A program made the position numbers and the translations under genes. From positions 131,688,001 through 131,752,000 of the forward strand of contig OZ296648.1 of the NCBI GenBank assembly GCA_965655095.1: a stretch of DNA of 64,000 nucleotides, read 5' to 3'. The notes below the pieces were generated by a model. It did not search any database. It worked only from the letters and a program-made list of their open reading frames with translations, and was not told the origin of the DNA. Shown here in pieces: positions 24,036 through 35,480 of this stretch (positions within the stretch are counted from its first letter, which is position 1; the number at the start of each line of letters is the position of its first letter). The DNA comes from Haplodiscus bocki. Its lineage: Eukaryota.

Positions 24036-26302
24036 CCCACTACTCGACTCATCTCAACGATCAGCCAGAAGTTCCAGTCTTCAAGAAAGGCGCTGCCTTC
24101 CTCTTCAAATACCAAGCAGTCACTTCCGAAAGTGAGAGCAAAGTTCGAGTGTTCTCCCCGTTCCCGAAAATCCCGGATGTCAATCTTACTGGAGCTGAAG
24201 AATTGTTGAGCCTAGCGAAAATACGAATAACCGGAATTGGTGGCATGTATGTCCAAAAAGTTTGTGAATTCCAAGAAATCAACAAAACATATGGCCTATT
24301 AATGACACAGTTGAAGGATCGCGTCGAATTGATCAAGCTTGAAGTGAAACAAGCAACAGATGAGCAAGGAAAGCTCGCAGACGTAATGAAGTCTTTTCTC
24401 CCGAAACAGTATCAGAGGAACGTGGCGACGCTTCCACGTTCGAAACGATTTATTGGCGCAGTAGCTGCTCTTGCAGCAGGTGCCGGATTGATCCTGGGAG
24501 ACCCGTTGAAAGAAGCTGCATGTACAGCCGTCTCGATTTTTAACTTGTGCGATGACACAAGCAGTTTGTCCCAAGACATGGACCAGATCCTGAAAACGCA
24601 GGAAGAAATAATAGCGACCTTGCAACGTGTCCAGTCAGCCAATGATCAAAACTTCTTCCTACTGGGTAATGAAGTCCGAGAAACGCAACAAAATGTTAAG
24701 AACCTTCGTGATGCTGTGAATGATCACCTACAGGTTCTCCATGATCGAATAAATGGAATTCAAGGAGATTTAATTCAACATAAAGAATGTCAACGAAGAC
24801 AAGCTCAACATTCCCTCTTCCTCCAAGAGATTAGATATACCATATCTCATTTGGGTACCTTGTATACTCACATAAAGTCTTACCAAGCTGCGTTCTACGC
24901 CTACAAGATTAACTTGTTCTCGACGATCTCGTCCCTTGCTAGTGGCCAAATAACCCCCCAGTTGCTCCTACCCCCAGAAATCGCTGACATTGTACGAACA
25001 CTGTCAGAAGAAGAGAGTTATCGTGGTACAAAACTTACCCCCGCCATACAGCCTGGCTTCGAAGCTGTCTATTATGAGATTCAACTCGTTTTAGAAGTCA
25101 CGTTAATTCCGCGCGGTATATCAGTTGTACTTGGTGTACCAATGAACTCCAAGTCTTCCACTTTCAACGTGTACCATGCTACCCCGCTGTACCAACCAAA
25201 CGGTGACAACAAGACAGCCTCCTTGTTCCAGCTCGCAAAGCCTTTCTTGGCTGTGGCTACTGACGACTCTCGATACGCCGAATTGGATAGTTCCACCTTA
25301 CAACAATGTTCAGGTAACAATCGGATCAGACTTTGTCGCAAAGGTTTCTCAACCACAACTGATGACACCCTCCTATGCCTGAGTTCTTTGATGTTCGATT
25401 ATGCCATCCCAGCATTGCGTAACTGCCTCGCCAATTCTGTGCTTTTACCTGACGCGCCACAAGCTTTTTATTTGGCCGAAGGATTGTATCATGTCATCTC
25501 CCGTGAACCACTTCTTCACATGAAAAACGCCAGTGATATACATGGTGTCAGTGTTTCAATGATCCCATGTCAAGCCTGCATTTTGAGACCCAGTTGCCAC
25601 AGTACCCTAACCCTGAACCAAGGCGATCTAGTTCTTGAACCGGATATGGACTACTGCTCGACGAGCACAGAGCCCTTCTTTGCCACGATCGAACTGATCC
25701 CATCATTAGAACAAGTCTTCAAACATGTCCCACACTCCAATCATGTCTTTCATGCCTATTCGTTGGGCGAAGCACGTCATTCTGTCCTCAGCAGCGTTCG
25801 TATGGAATTAGCAGAACTCCCGGACGTGCGACGCATGTCAGTTGATTCAATCGACCAACTAGCACACCCGATTGCGCAGTATTACTCATCAATTTCTCCG
25901 GCAACATCACAAGCCCTCGAGTCATATCTCCCCTTTCGCACTGCCGTCTTGTTCTCGACTGTTTCGATTACCCTTTCTTCATTGACTTTCACTATCAGTT
26001 TTACCTTGTTCCGCCGTCAATGGAAACGACTTTTTCTTCATCCACACAAGTTCTTCAAAAGTACAAATGGACGACTCTTGCATGTCACGGACAGTCATGA
26101 AATTCCAGATACAGCCATTGATGACGCTTCTGTTTTCATCCAGCTCAGTTTGGACGAATTCAACGCATTAAAAACACTTGCCAGTGAAACCCTGAGACAC
26201 CCACCCCATAATAACTCATATACCACATGCAATGCCCCTCATATTCCTACCCGTGTCTACCCAGACATCACAGCCCCTCATTATTCCGAGTCTACAACAT
26301 AA
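23977..26302 (+). CDS. env: Env, class I F-type fusion glycoprotein (~775 aa when spliced to the LTR leader)
   Basis: Spliced N-terminus MLPFLLSLVLLNGPPLCYT (signal peptide); furin site RSKR (24437-24448) followed by fusion peptide FIGAVAALAAGAGLILG; heptad repeats; Cys-rich region; N-glycosylation sequons; TM helix 25943-26011 then RRQWKR. Confidence 0.92.
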
Positions 26303-26736
26303 TCTAACTGAACTCCTTAACATCTTGTTGTTGTAACATATCATACATGTCATATTTAAAATCAAAACAATTTGCACTTCTGTACCCCTTTTGTACGTCT
26401 CCGTACTTATCTTGCCTAGATTCACATCATGGCCCAGCTTTTGCACATTTCCGTGCCTGCTCTCTTGTACGTTCCCGTACCTGCCCAGCTTCTGTTGGCC
26501 CGTTTGCACGTGTCCGTGCCCACTTCTTGCTCAGACTTTGATCTGACCCTTGACAAATTGAGACCAATCATGTCTCCCCTGTCCTATGATTTCAGCGTTG
26601 ACAGTATACGTATCCGTATACACGTACCTCAAAAAAACTCAACATTAAAGACTCGTTTCTGTTTTTCTCCCTTCCCCACCCTCTTTTTCTTTAATCCATA
26701 AATTGTGAAATGTTCTTATCATTTTTTTTGTTTCAG

Positions 26737-27733
26737 GTTTCCTACTAAGCGTCCATCTGGCACCCCTCTCTACACCAGCAGTGGAAATGTGTCCATCATC
26801 TCCCCAGGCGACGTTGTCCAGATATTGGATGAACGAGAATATCGAGTACTACGGATCAACCCCCATTCGTCAACGGTGGTCCTACGTCGAGTCGATGCCA
26901 GTACCAATCAACGTAGCTTCATGCGCCCCTCAACTTCCATTTGTACCCTACCAGCCACTACCCGTGATATCGCCGTCGAAGTTAACGAGCCAACTGAAAA
27001 TTGCCTCTGTGAAATCCCGCCCCCTCCCGTCTTGCCAGATGTTGCCGACATTTCAATTAGTTGCAATCTTGACGTTGATGAGTATGTTAACAGTACACAC
27101 CCGGAATTCGACTCTGTTGCTAAGTTGCAACAAGGATTCGAAGAAGCTAAATTGGCCGCTAATGCAGCTTTCAAGGAACTTTGCACCGAGGTCCTGAAAG
27201 TGACAGAACTAAAAGAAAAGATAAATTCCCTGCAGCAACGCATAACAACACTCACAGAGGAGAACGAAGGTCTTTTAAAACGAACAATGGATCTAACAGA
27301 GGACGTGTCTGCCCTATCGGCCATTGCAACAAATAAACGCTACGTACCCGTAATGCAGAGGATCATTTGGCACCATGTGCTTCAACAGCCCCTTTTGCAA
27401 CTCCCCTTAACAATTGGTTTCAATTATGCACCCCCTAACTTCCTCTTCAACCTTCTAGGGTGCCCCCAGTCGTCGACACCCGAACTGATTAGCGAGAACG
27501 TAAAATGCTTATTACAGATTCTCCATCCCGACAAGAACCCACAGGCTCCCCCTACAGTCACCCAGTATATACCTTTGATATCTTTTGCAAAAACTATTTT
27601 GCTGGACAAAAGCCTTTCCCCCGTATACCGCTGCTGTGGTCTGGATGGTATTGCCCGCCGTCAACACAAACTTCGCACTTGTCGCCGTTGTGATCCCTTC
27701 TTGCAAACCCTCAATGACCTAATGGATCTATAG
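26737..27733 (+). CDS. ORF4 accessory protein (~332 aa when spliced): coiled coil, DnaJ-like J-domain, Cys-rich tail
   Basis: Intact ~1-kb ORF between env and the PPT; acceptor TTTTTTTGTTTCAG|G; NFLFNLLGCPQSSTPELISENVKCLLQILHPDKNP...ISFAKTILLDKSLSPVYRCCG fits the J-domain pattern (HPD at 27524-27532). Confidence 0.85.
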
Positions 27734-27809
27734 ATATTCTTTTATAATAATTTTATACATTGTAATAATTATTGTTCGCCTTTTTTTATTTGCGGGACGC
27801 AAACCCAAT

Positions 27810-27822
27810 AAAAGGAGAGTGG
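27810..27822 (+). other. Polypurine tract
   Basis: AAAAGGAGAGTGG immediately 5' of the 3' LTR. Confidence 0.9.
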
Positions 27823-28627
27823 TGTAGCAGTTGAATTTTCTTGCCTAAATTTTACTTTCATAAACTGAACTAAATTTGTAGCTACTGAGTCAAGTACCCT
27901 CGAGTACCCTCGAGTGCTGTAAGCCCCTTTATTAAACTCTCTTGTTTCACTAAATTAATGATTCAAGTACCTTCGAGCACTTCTTATCTATTCTCAAATG
28001 TCATGCAAAATTCCTTTCATACGCTCGCTCACCATAATACTTAGCCTACAAGTGTGATATAAACCCTTTCGTAACCGTACACTCATTTATATGCAGTTAA
28101 AATATTTTCCTAGCGTATTTTCCAAATTTAATACTATTAGTCAAACCAAAACTGACCTGACCTCCGCCCTCGAAGAAGAACCCTCGACGATCGCGCAAAG
28201 AAATTCTGACAAAAATCCCAATCATACGAACCCAGAACACGAACAAGCAAACAGACGGTCCAACTACAACTCACCTTCAACAGAAGAGAAAGAAAAGTAG
28301 CTCAAGAGCCCCTCTTTGCGAAATTTCAACCCAAAAGACAAAGACACTTCCCTGAACAAGAACTCTCATTATAATGTAAGTTTATACAAAAACCCTCTGT
28401 AATTTAAAACCTTTAACTTTCTTTCTTTTCTTTTCTAATTTAAATTCTTTCTAAAAAGCCAAAAACAATTTTTGTATTCACTTGAGATATCCCGCTAGCA
28501 ACCACCAAACCAAAAACACCTAAATAGTAATTTTAGAAATTACTGAAGTACCATTTCCAATAACAGTCGTCCTCCGCATCCAAAATCATTTTCTAGCGAA
28601 CTGTTTTAAAAGCATACGACTGTTACA
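27823..28627 (+). repeat. 3' LTR (805 bp)
   Basis: Direct repeat of 16000-16794 with an extra GTACCCTCGA. Confidence 0.97.
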
Positions 28628-29410
28628 AATAAATAATTTTTGGAGAAAATGGGCAAAATTAAATTATTTATGGCAATTATTTATTTTGCAATTATTCTTG
28701 CAGAATCCCTGACTCGAAGGCAACAAGTGGTCTCGAAAATCGGCAATGTGAAGCAAATTATTCTTCCGCTCTAACAAATTTAAACAGCAAAATTTAAAAG
28801 AAACGAAAAAGATCCGTCCTCCAACTCAATGGACTCCAAATTTTGAATCGAACCATCTTCCCAACGGCAAATGAAGTGGGGAAACACAGCCCCTCCATGT
28901 ACCTCGACAAATTTACTCAGCGATTTCGAGGCCTCCCAATTTTGTGCAGAAATGAAAACATAGAAACGATAAAGATGCCTGCCGGCTAAATAGTTTCCAC
29001 TGTTAATCGCCTTTTTGCCAACACTGAAAAGGGATTAGTACACAAGTGAATTCCCATCGCGTCGAATATTCGAAGCATCGAAAATTACAGACTGTTCAAA
29101 GCGTCAAAAATTCCTGAGCAGCCAGTGGTCTTTAGTCGATTTTTGACGGTATGAATAGTCACCGTGGATGGCAGGACAAAATACCCAAGCCCAAAATACC
29201 CGAAGGCCCAAAAAAACCCAAGATTGAAATAGCCATACTAATTAAATAAATAACAGCGTCGTGAACTAAAAAATTTATAACGCCTCTAATTACTTTAGTT
29301 TATGGATGTTTTGAAATATTTGTGCAGACAAAATAAAATACCACAAGTCAAAATATTCACAGAAAAACAACTGCGAAGTTCAAAAAGTTGGGTATACACG
29401 TGGAGTACCC

Positions 29411-29527
29411 CACACAATTTTTGGCACAGTGAGACAAAATTGTAATTCACCTCACAAAAGTTTGGGCACTGTGATACAAAGTTGTAACTCACATCACAAA
29501 TTTTTCGACAACGTGAGACAAAATTAT
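29411..29527. repeat. Short minisatellite, ~3 degenerate copies of ~40 bp
   Basis: CACAA...GCAC(A/T)GTGA(G/T)ACAAA(A/G)TTGTAA.TCAC repeated in tandem. Confidence 0.65.
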
Positions 29528-32500
29528 TTCACCCGCGGACCATTAGATTCTTCACATCCCTTCTCATTGAAATTTCAGATAATTTCATCGGAAACGTCTC
29601 CAAGATGCTGCCAAACTTGGCTTCCTTCAGAGGACCGAAACTTCAACAGAGGGGGTTTCAACTCAAACTGGTAGGATTTTTGATTTTTTGAAAATCTTTT
29701 ATTTCGAGGCTAGTACTAAGCTCTTCAATGCTTACGTTTTGACAGCAAAGATGAAAAAGATGTTTCTGGCCTAAAAATACATTAATAAATCGTAGCTGAG
29801 CAATTAATAGTAAACTTCAACAAAAACCTGAGCCAAAAGAGCGCTGAAATGCCAAGTTACAACACTTTTAACATGATATATGTCGTCGAAATTAAGCAAT
29901 TCTGAATTTTCTTCGCGTAAAAGCACTCAGAGAAATCCTGAATTAATCCCAAAAACTTGAAAATCGGAAAACAGTTCATTCTTGGCGCGGTCAAATAGAT
30001 AGCTAGACATAATGATGGAAACAAAGGTGGGGGAGACATCAATTCAAACGGTACGAAGTATCCACAAAACAAGGTGATTTTCAACTTTTTCTGGAACAAA
30101 CCTATCGAAACGGTTTCGGAGCGCAACCACACTTGATTATGTTGCGAGGAGTCTTGCTGTGACTTCTATTCAAAAGTCAGGTGATAAAAGTGCCTATATG
30201 TCGAAATATAGGACATTTCAACGCGACAAGGTTCCCACAAAATAGCCTTAGCAATATCAATTTCGAATTTCTGTTACAAAAACCAAACGAAACCTTGGAC
30301 ATTCACAAAAGATCATGCTGTAGACAGGATATCTACGCTACGTCTGTTGATACGTCTACGCTACCGCGGGAAGTGAACTACTTGCGTGTCGTTATAAATC
30401 TGACGATTTATCGTGACAATGTGCAAAAAATTTCAGTTTTCGAGTTTCACTCGCAGAAAGTTTTGCTGAACAAGTTTCGGGCCGCAGTTAAAATTCAGAA
30501 CGCGCTTCATAGGAATTTACTTATTCTGGCTTTTCAAAATGAAGCCATTTTAAAACTTACGTTCAAGGTTAACACATCAAGAAATTGCAAGTCTACAAAA
30601 ATTCGCCTCGTTCCTTTCTATCGACTGAAATACTATAGAAACAATTTTCGACCGCAAAAAAATTCTAGGCTGTGACATATTAATGACACTGTTATGGTAA
30701 TGTAAGTTTTAATGATTTGGAGACCAATTTTTTAGTACGTAATATTTGAATGTCCGAAAACTCATTACATTATCATAAAATAGCTCAACTTTGAAGCTTC
30801 TTCAGCAAAAAAACCTATCGAAACAAATTCTGCCACGAACCAGTAGTGAACCCATTGGAATCAGTAGGTTGCACAAGTCAGCCAAGCAAAATGATCGTGA
30901 CATGAAGGTCTATGCCCCAAAAACTACTACTGGAATACGAAGTATCGCCAAAATAGCTAAAAATGAACTCGAACCCTATGTTCCTCTCAGAAAATAACCA
31001 TCGGAAAAGTGTCGGACCGCAACCAAAATTAGGTATGTGGTAGACTAGAATGTTCTCGTTATGATTTTGCAGAAAATTTAAAAAAATGCGTCAGTGAAAC
31101 GATATTGAGTTCTCAATCAGTTCCACAAGGAAATTAGGTATTTTGCGGATTTGGTCAAAAAACAGCGGAAATTTCGATGTGTGAAACTTGTTTTTTTATG
31201 CAAATTTGCAAGTCAAAAGGAACATTCCTACAGAAGAAAATGGTTCGAAAATTTTGAGGGCCGAAACGAGTGAAACGAGCAAGCTGACATACTGACAATT
31301 GACAACAAAATCCCAGTTGTTAACGTGCGGACAAAAAAATGTAAGTTGTTGCAACACAGAGTCGAAGAGGAGATGCGCAGAGTTGCTAACACAAACAATC
31401 CATTTTTTGGATTTTTGAAAATGACAATGGAAAAGAAGCGAAAGTTTTGTCTTTGGAATGTTATGTTACTTTGTAAACGCATAAAATACACTTTTCAGGA
31501 AAACTCGATGGACGCCGTGAATTGTCAAAAAAAACAGTCTGAGAAAATTTGGTCTATGAGTTAGAAAATTTCCAAAAAACTGCTGAAAATGCGGCGTAGG
31601 AGGAAGGAGCAGATAAAAGCGCAGCCTCTTGTTTCGCTAGTAGCTTTCAGTACACACGTGCCGAGGAAAAATGTGAAGGAATCGTTCCCTGGAACTCATT
31701 AGACCTGCTACCCAACGAATCATTGAGATTGCATTACTAAAACACAATGTGACAACTTGCTACCAACAAAGAAATCGACTTCTTAATTATGAGTTGACTT
31801 TGTTCGTGATAACGGCACCAGACACAATCCCTGCTAAATCGAAGATCCCGAAGCCAGTGAAAGGTCGAAATAGCGTTAATTGGGCGCAGGTCCACCGAGT
31901 TCTCCAGAAAATCAGAGGCACTATCTAGTACTCCTTCGACAACATAACAAAAACACAGAGACGAAGCAAAACATCACAACACATTCTGATTGGTCAGTTA
32001 AGATCACGGATCCCGAAATTCATTCGAAATCATGATCAGAGATATGATTGACACTTTTACATATACTTCATCAGCTGTCAATCAAGGAAATCGTAATAAG
32101 AGGGCATTCCCTCCTTTATCAACTAATACTGAAAGTGTATATACTGATCATTTGATATAACCTTGTACCTTACCTTATTACAAGATGAACCCGGCTGACT
32201 CAGTTTTGATCACTATTGATTTATCAGACGTAAACACAAAGGCTTTTTAAAAGCAACCACGGCAGAACCAAACAAACATCTGCCATTTTTTCTCCGAGCT
32301 CAGAACAGCTCAAAGTCGGTGCTGCCCATATGTCGGACGTGAAAACTTCGCTAAATCATAGTGGCACCACAAAAAGTGTCGAAAAGGTTTCGTCTCACAG
32401 TTTTAAAAAATTGGCGAGGGTCCTTTTGGGGTTTCTGGTAGCGAAAACGTTTAGGTGTAAGGGGGGTATCACGATTTTTCTCACAGTACCGAGACTGTAA

Positions 32501-33624
32501 TGTCATTGGCAACATCGAATCAAACTTAATATGCATATTTTCTTTTGGAATAAACACTGGTAAAGGAATTGGAGCACCATATAAGTATGCGATAAATTTG
32601 TTACTCTTTTGTTTGATTTCTTTGCTTCATAACATTCACTTCTCGATCTACGTTGCAACCTAACACCAGCAATATTCTTAATTCAAGAAACTTTAACTAT
32701 CGCATATCTTTCTTCATGAGCAATTTGGGAGCCCCAAGCGAACTAATACGTATCCGATGAGAAACAAGATTGTGGAACAGTCCTCAAAATATACTTCGGG
32801 TGCCTTTGAGTAATTGCCCGTGCTTGTTATAGACTGTACCTGCATGCTTCAAAGAAATATGCCAGAAGACTTAGGGAGAAAAGTAGACAATTCGCTGTGA
32901 TCTCAAAAAAAGTAACTACAAGAGCCGGCCTTTTACTTCATAAAGCCTGATACAAAAAAAATTGCTGTGTTTGAATCATCTTAAATCATTGTTGCAATTT
33001 ACATCGTGTTTGCAAAGGGGACATAAAATTGTTCGATGTCGTCCTAAGATCCAGCACAAAATGTGATACTCTAGCAGAAGATTTCGTTACAAACAAAGAC
33101 GGCGGTAGCCGGTATCTCTCTCTAACAGTGTCAAAATTGGGAGTTTTTAATAACAAGCAGCAGAGCACAGAACAAAGTCGACCGGGTTCGAAAAAGAACT
33201 TGTACGTTTGCCTAAAGATTATAGTAGAAATCAAAATTTGGGAGTGGACACTTGATTGTGATCGTTGGAAAACAATGCCACAACGGGAAACGATACACTG
33301 AATTTACTTCCAAGGGATGAGTAAAAAGTCATAAAAGAAGAATTTCATATTCAAGAAAAGCTCACTTTTTGGATTACAGCAAAACTAACCTCATTTCTTT
33401 AATAGGCAAGTTAGCGAAGTCCATAGTTCATATTCAAGGATACTGCATTTGGTGATATTATTATTCGCTTCGTAATCATAGAGGGATCATCGCGAACTAC
33501 TCCCAAAATTAAAATCACTAAAAAAGAAGAACAAACATACCAAAGGTAAGATTGTTCCAATAAAAACGAGAGCATCAAAGATAAAGATTTGGAATATTGA
33601 TATTTGCAGAAAATGGATGCAGAA

Positions 33625-34836
33625 TTACTCGACCATCAAGTTTCGCCAAGCAAAATCATAAAAACCTGCAATATTATCAACAGGTGCATCCTCAACACCA
33701 TTGGACGGATCTTTTGCATCATCACGATTAACGATTACGTCACTGATTGGGTGTTTGTTGGAGGTTTTAGCAAGCAGAGACTCCAAATTGCTCAACTGTG
33801 AAAGAATATTACGTAATGCTTGAGGATTTTGTTCAGTTTCTCTGGTTTTCATCATCTCAAAACATTCACAAATGACTCTTTTGGCATCTTCCGATGCAAA
33901 AGCACAGCCTTGGCAAGAAATAACAGCCATTTTGATAATTTCAATCTCTCCACTTTTGAGTGCACGTCGGAAAACTTCCTTCTGTTCACTTTCCTTCATG
34001 TTACGTACAATTTCGGGTCCATAACATTTCATTATATCCAAGAATATGGCCGAATTTTCACAGATAAAATCAGCTGTGAGTACTTGATACAAAAAGTTTG
34101 CGAATCCGGTCAATTTTCCAAGATGTAGCATCGCTTCTTTGCAACCAACTTCAGACAAAATTGAGCAAAACTCTTTTGGAAATCTGAAAATATTTTTCAA
34201 TAGTATGCCAAGCAAATATTTTTTTTCAGGTATTGATTTTGGTTTCTGTTTTCCTAGAGCTGCAAGAAAAGCGTCATGTGATATTTTCCTCGTCAACCAA
34301 TCCGTGATTAATTTCTGCAATTTCAGTTCCGTTTGATTTTGCAGCTCAAAAATGATCAACCACTGGGGGAACCAATACCTGTCTTTGATGAACTCTAAAC
34401 AAGTTTCAGCGCCCAGAGCCATTAAATTGGACGTCGGAAGTTGTGCATGAGCCGAAGAATGTCTTAAAGAAGTAATCCAAGCTGGAATTCCGATGGATTC
34501 ACAAACCACTCTCATGGCTTTCTTCTCATACGAGGTCTGCTCAACGTCTGAAAGAAGACTGACGAAGCGAACGAGAGCTGATGACAAACAGAGTCGAGTT
34601 CGGCAGGTATCTCCTTCTGTTTGGAAACATAAAACAGCCTGAACGAGATCAGCTGTGACGTTGATGCTGGTACTCAAGGAGCATGTACCCATTGTTCGCA
34701 CCTTCCATATCTGGACCATGTCTACCCCCAACTGTCGCTTTTCGGTATCCTCGTGATATAAAAGGTCAAACACGTACTTCCATTCTGCATCACAGGACCA
34801 CGGAACAACTTTGTGTTGGGAAAAATCAGCTCTCAT
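33625..34836 (-). CDS. LAS1L: Ribosome biogenesis HEPN endoribonuclease Las1 / LAS1L homolog (~403 aa, intronless CDS)
   Basis: VVPW...EW..V...LY, WKVR, TADLV, SALVRFV, IPAWITSLRHSSAH (HEPN RHxxxH), YW..Q; first ATG at 34836, preceded by acceptor TTTCTTTTCAG at 34864. Confidence 0.9.
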   Translation of the reverse strand: MRADFSQHKVVPWSCDAEWKYVFDLLYHEDTEKRQLGVDMVQIWKVRTMGTCSLSTSINVTADLVQAVLCFQTEGDTCRTRLCLSSALVRFVSLLSDVEQTSYEKKAMRVVCESIGIPAWITSLRHSSAHAQLPTSNLMALGAETCLEFIKDRYWFPQWLIIFELQNQTELKLQKLITDWLTRKISHDAFLAALGKQKPKSIPEKKYLLGILLKNIFRFPKEFCSILSEVGCKEAMLHLGKLTGFANFLYQVLTADFICENSAIFLDIMKCYGPEIVRNMKESEQKEVFRRALKSGEIEIIKMAVISCQGCAFASEDAKRVICECFEMMKTRETEQNPQALRNILSQLSNLESLLAKTSNKHPISDVIVNRDDAKDPSNGVEDAPVDNIAGFYDFAWRNLMVE

Positions 34837-35389
34837 GTCGAAGTACTCAAAACAATACAGAACCTGAAAAGAAAGCTGAGTCAAAAGCGGAAAAAATGGA
34901 ATATGTGGAATCAGATGAAGTTTTTCAAGAAATGGCGGTAAAGCTTTGAAGGAAATCGACTAGAAAATGATTAAAATCGATTTCAAGAAAGAAACAAGTA
35001 GATGAAGCTCAAACAAAATCTATTAAATAAGTCCATCACCTTGCTTATATGAAAATAGGCCCCTGGCGAAGCTCGAATATCGAAGCCTATGAACCAATAA
35101 AATAAACCAATTTTTGAGGTTAGCGAAAAAGAAAAGGCTACCAAAAGTGTCATAGTCAGACAAGTGCTACGTTTTTGAACAGAGACACCAGATTAGCTAT
35201 TTCCACCGACATTGAAATCTTCAAGATCCCAGTTCTGCAGAAAGTTGGCAACATGTTATAAACAAGCCAGCCTATTGGCGTGATTTTTCCGTTTTTTTTT
35301 CGAGGGGCTTGTAATGACAGATTTGGTGCTTCGAACATCAACTTCGTTCAAAACTGTTATATATGGTTATAAAGTTTTCTGGCTCAAGC

Positions 35390-35480
35390 AGTAACCGCAA
35401 GACATAGTGGGTAGTGCACAAGGCAGAGGTTCCAAAGCCACAAGTTGCGCATTCGAACCCTGGTAAAGGCTAATATTTTA
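35390..35480 (+). pseudogene. Degenerate tRNA-derived (SINE-head-like) sequence
   Basis: A-box-like TAGTGGGTAGTGCAC and B-box-like ATTCGAACCC at tRNA-like spacing, followed by a T run; no intact cloverleaf. Confidence 0.3.

Larger units (their letters stand above)
16000..28627 (+). mobile_element. Full-length env-containing Ty3/gypsy LTR retroelement (errantivirus-like) with a fourth accessory ORF
   Basis: Two near-identical LTRs with TGTA...TACA ends, 4-bp TSD AATA (15996-15999 / 28628-28631), PBS, PPT, and gene order gag-PR-RT-RH-IN-env-ORF4. Confidence 0.98.
15606..28711. mobile_element. hAT-like MITE copy B (~475 bp net), interrupted by the LTR retroelement
   Basis: TIRs CAGGGATTCCGCAAAAATAAT (15606) and ATTATTCTTGCAGAATCCCTG (28711); 8-bp TSD ATTCGAAG (15598-15605) / ACTCGAAG (28712-28719), 7/8 match; homology to copy A continues on both sides of the LTR element. 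Confidence 0.85.

Noticed and set aside
20582-25368. Antisense and alternate-frame ORFs over pol and env
   Set aside because: Shadow ORFs of long coding regions with no independent signals
26347-26701. Small ORFs between env and ORF4 as a fifth gene
   Set aside because: Repetitive pyrimidine-rich sequence, no domain and no AG|G acceptor in frame; more likely intronic or structural
29857-33301. Short ORFs, including 164 aa at 30181-30675
   Set aside because: Mostly non-ATG starts, AT-rich composition and no family motifs; probably decayed repeats
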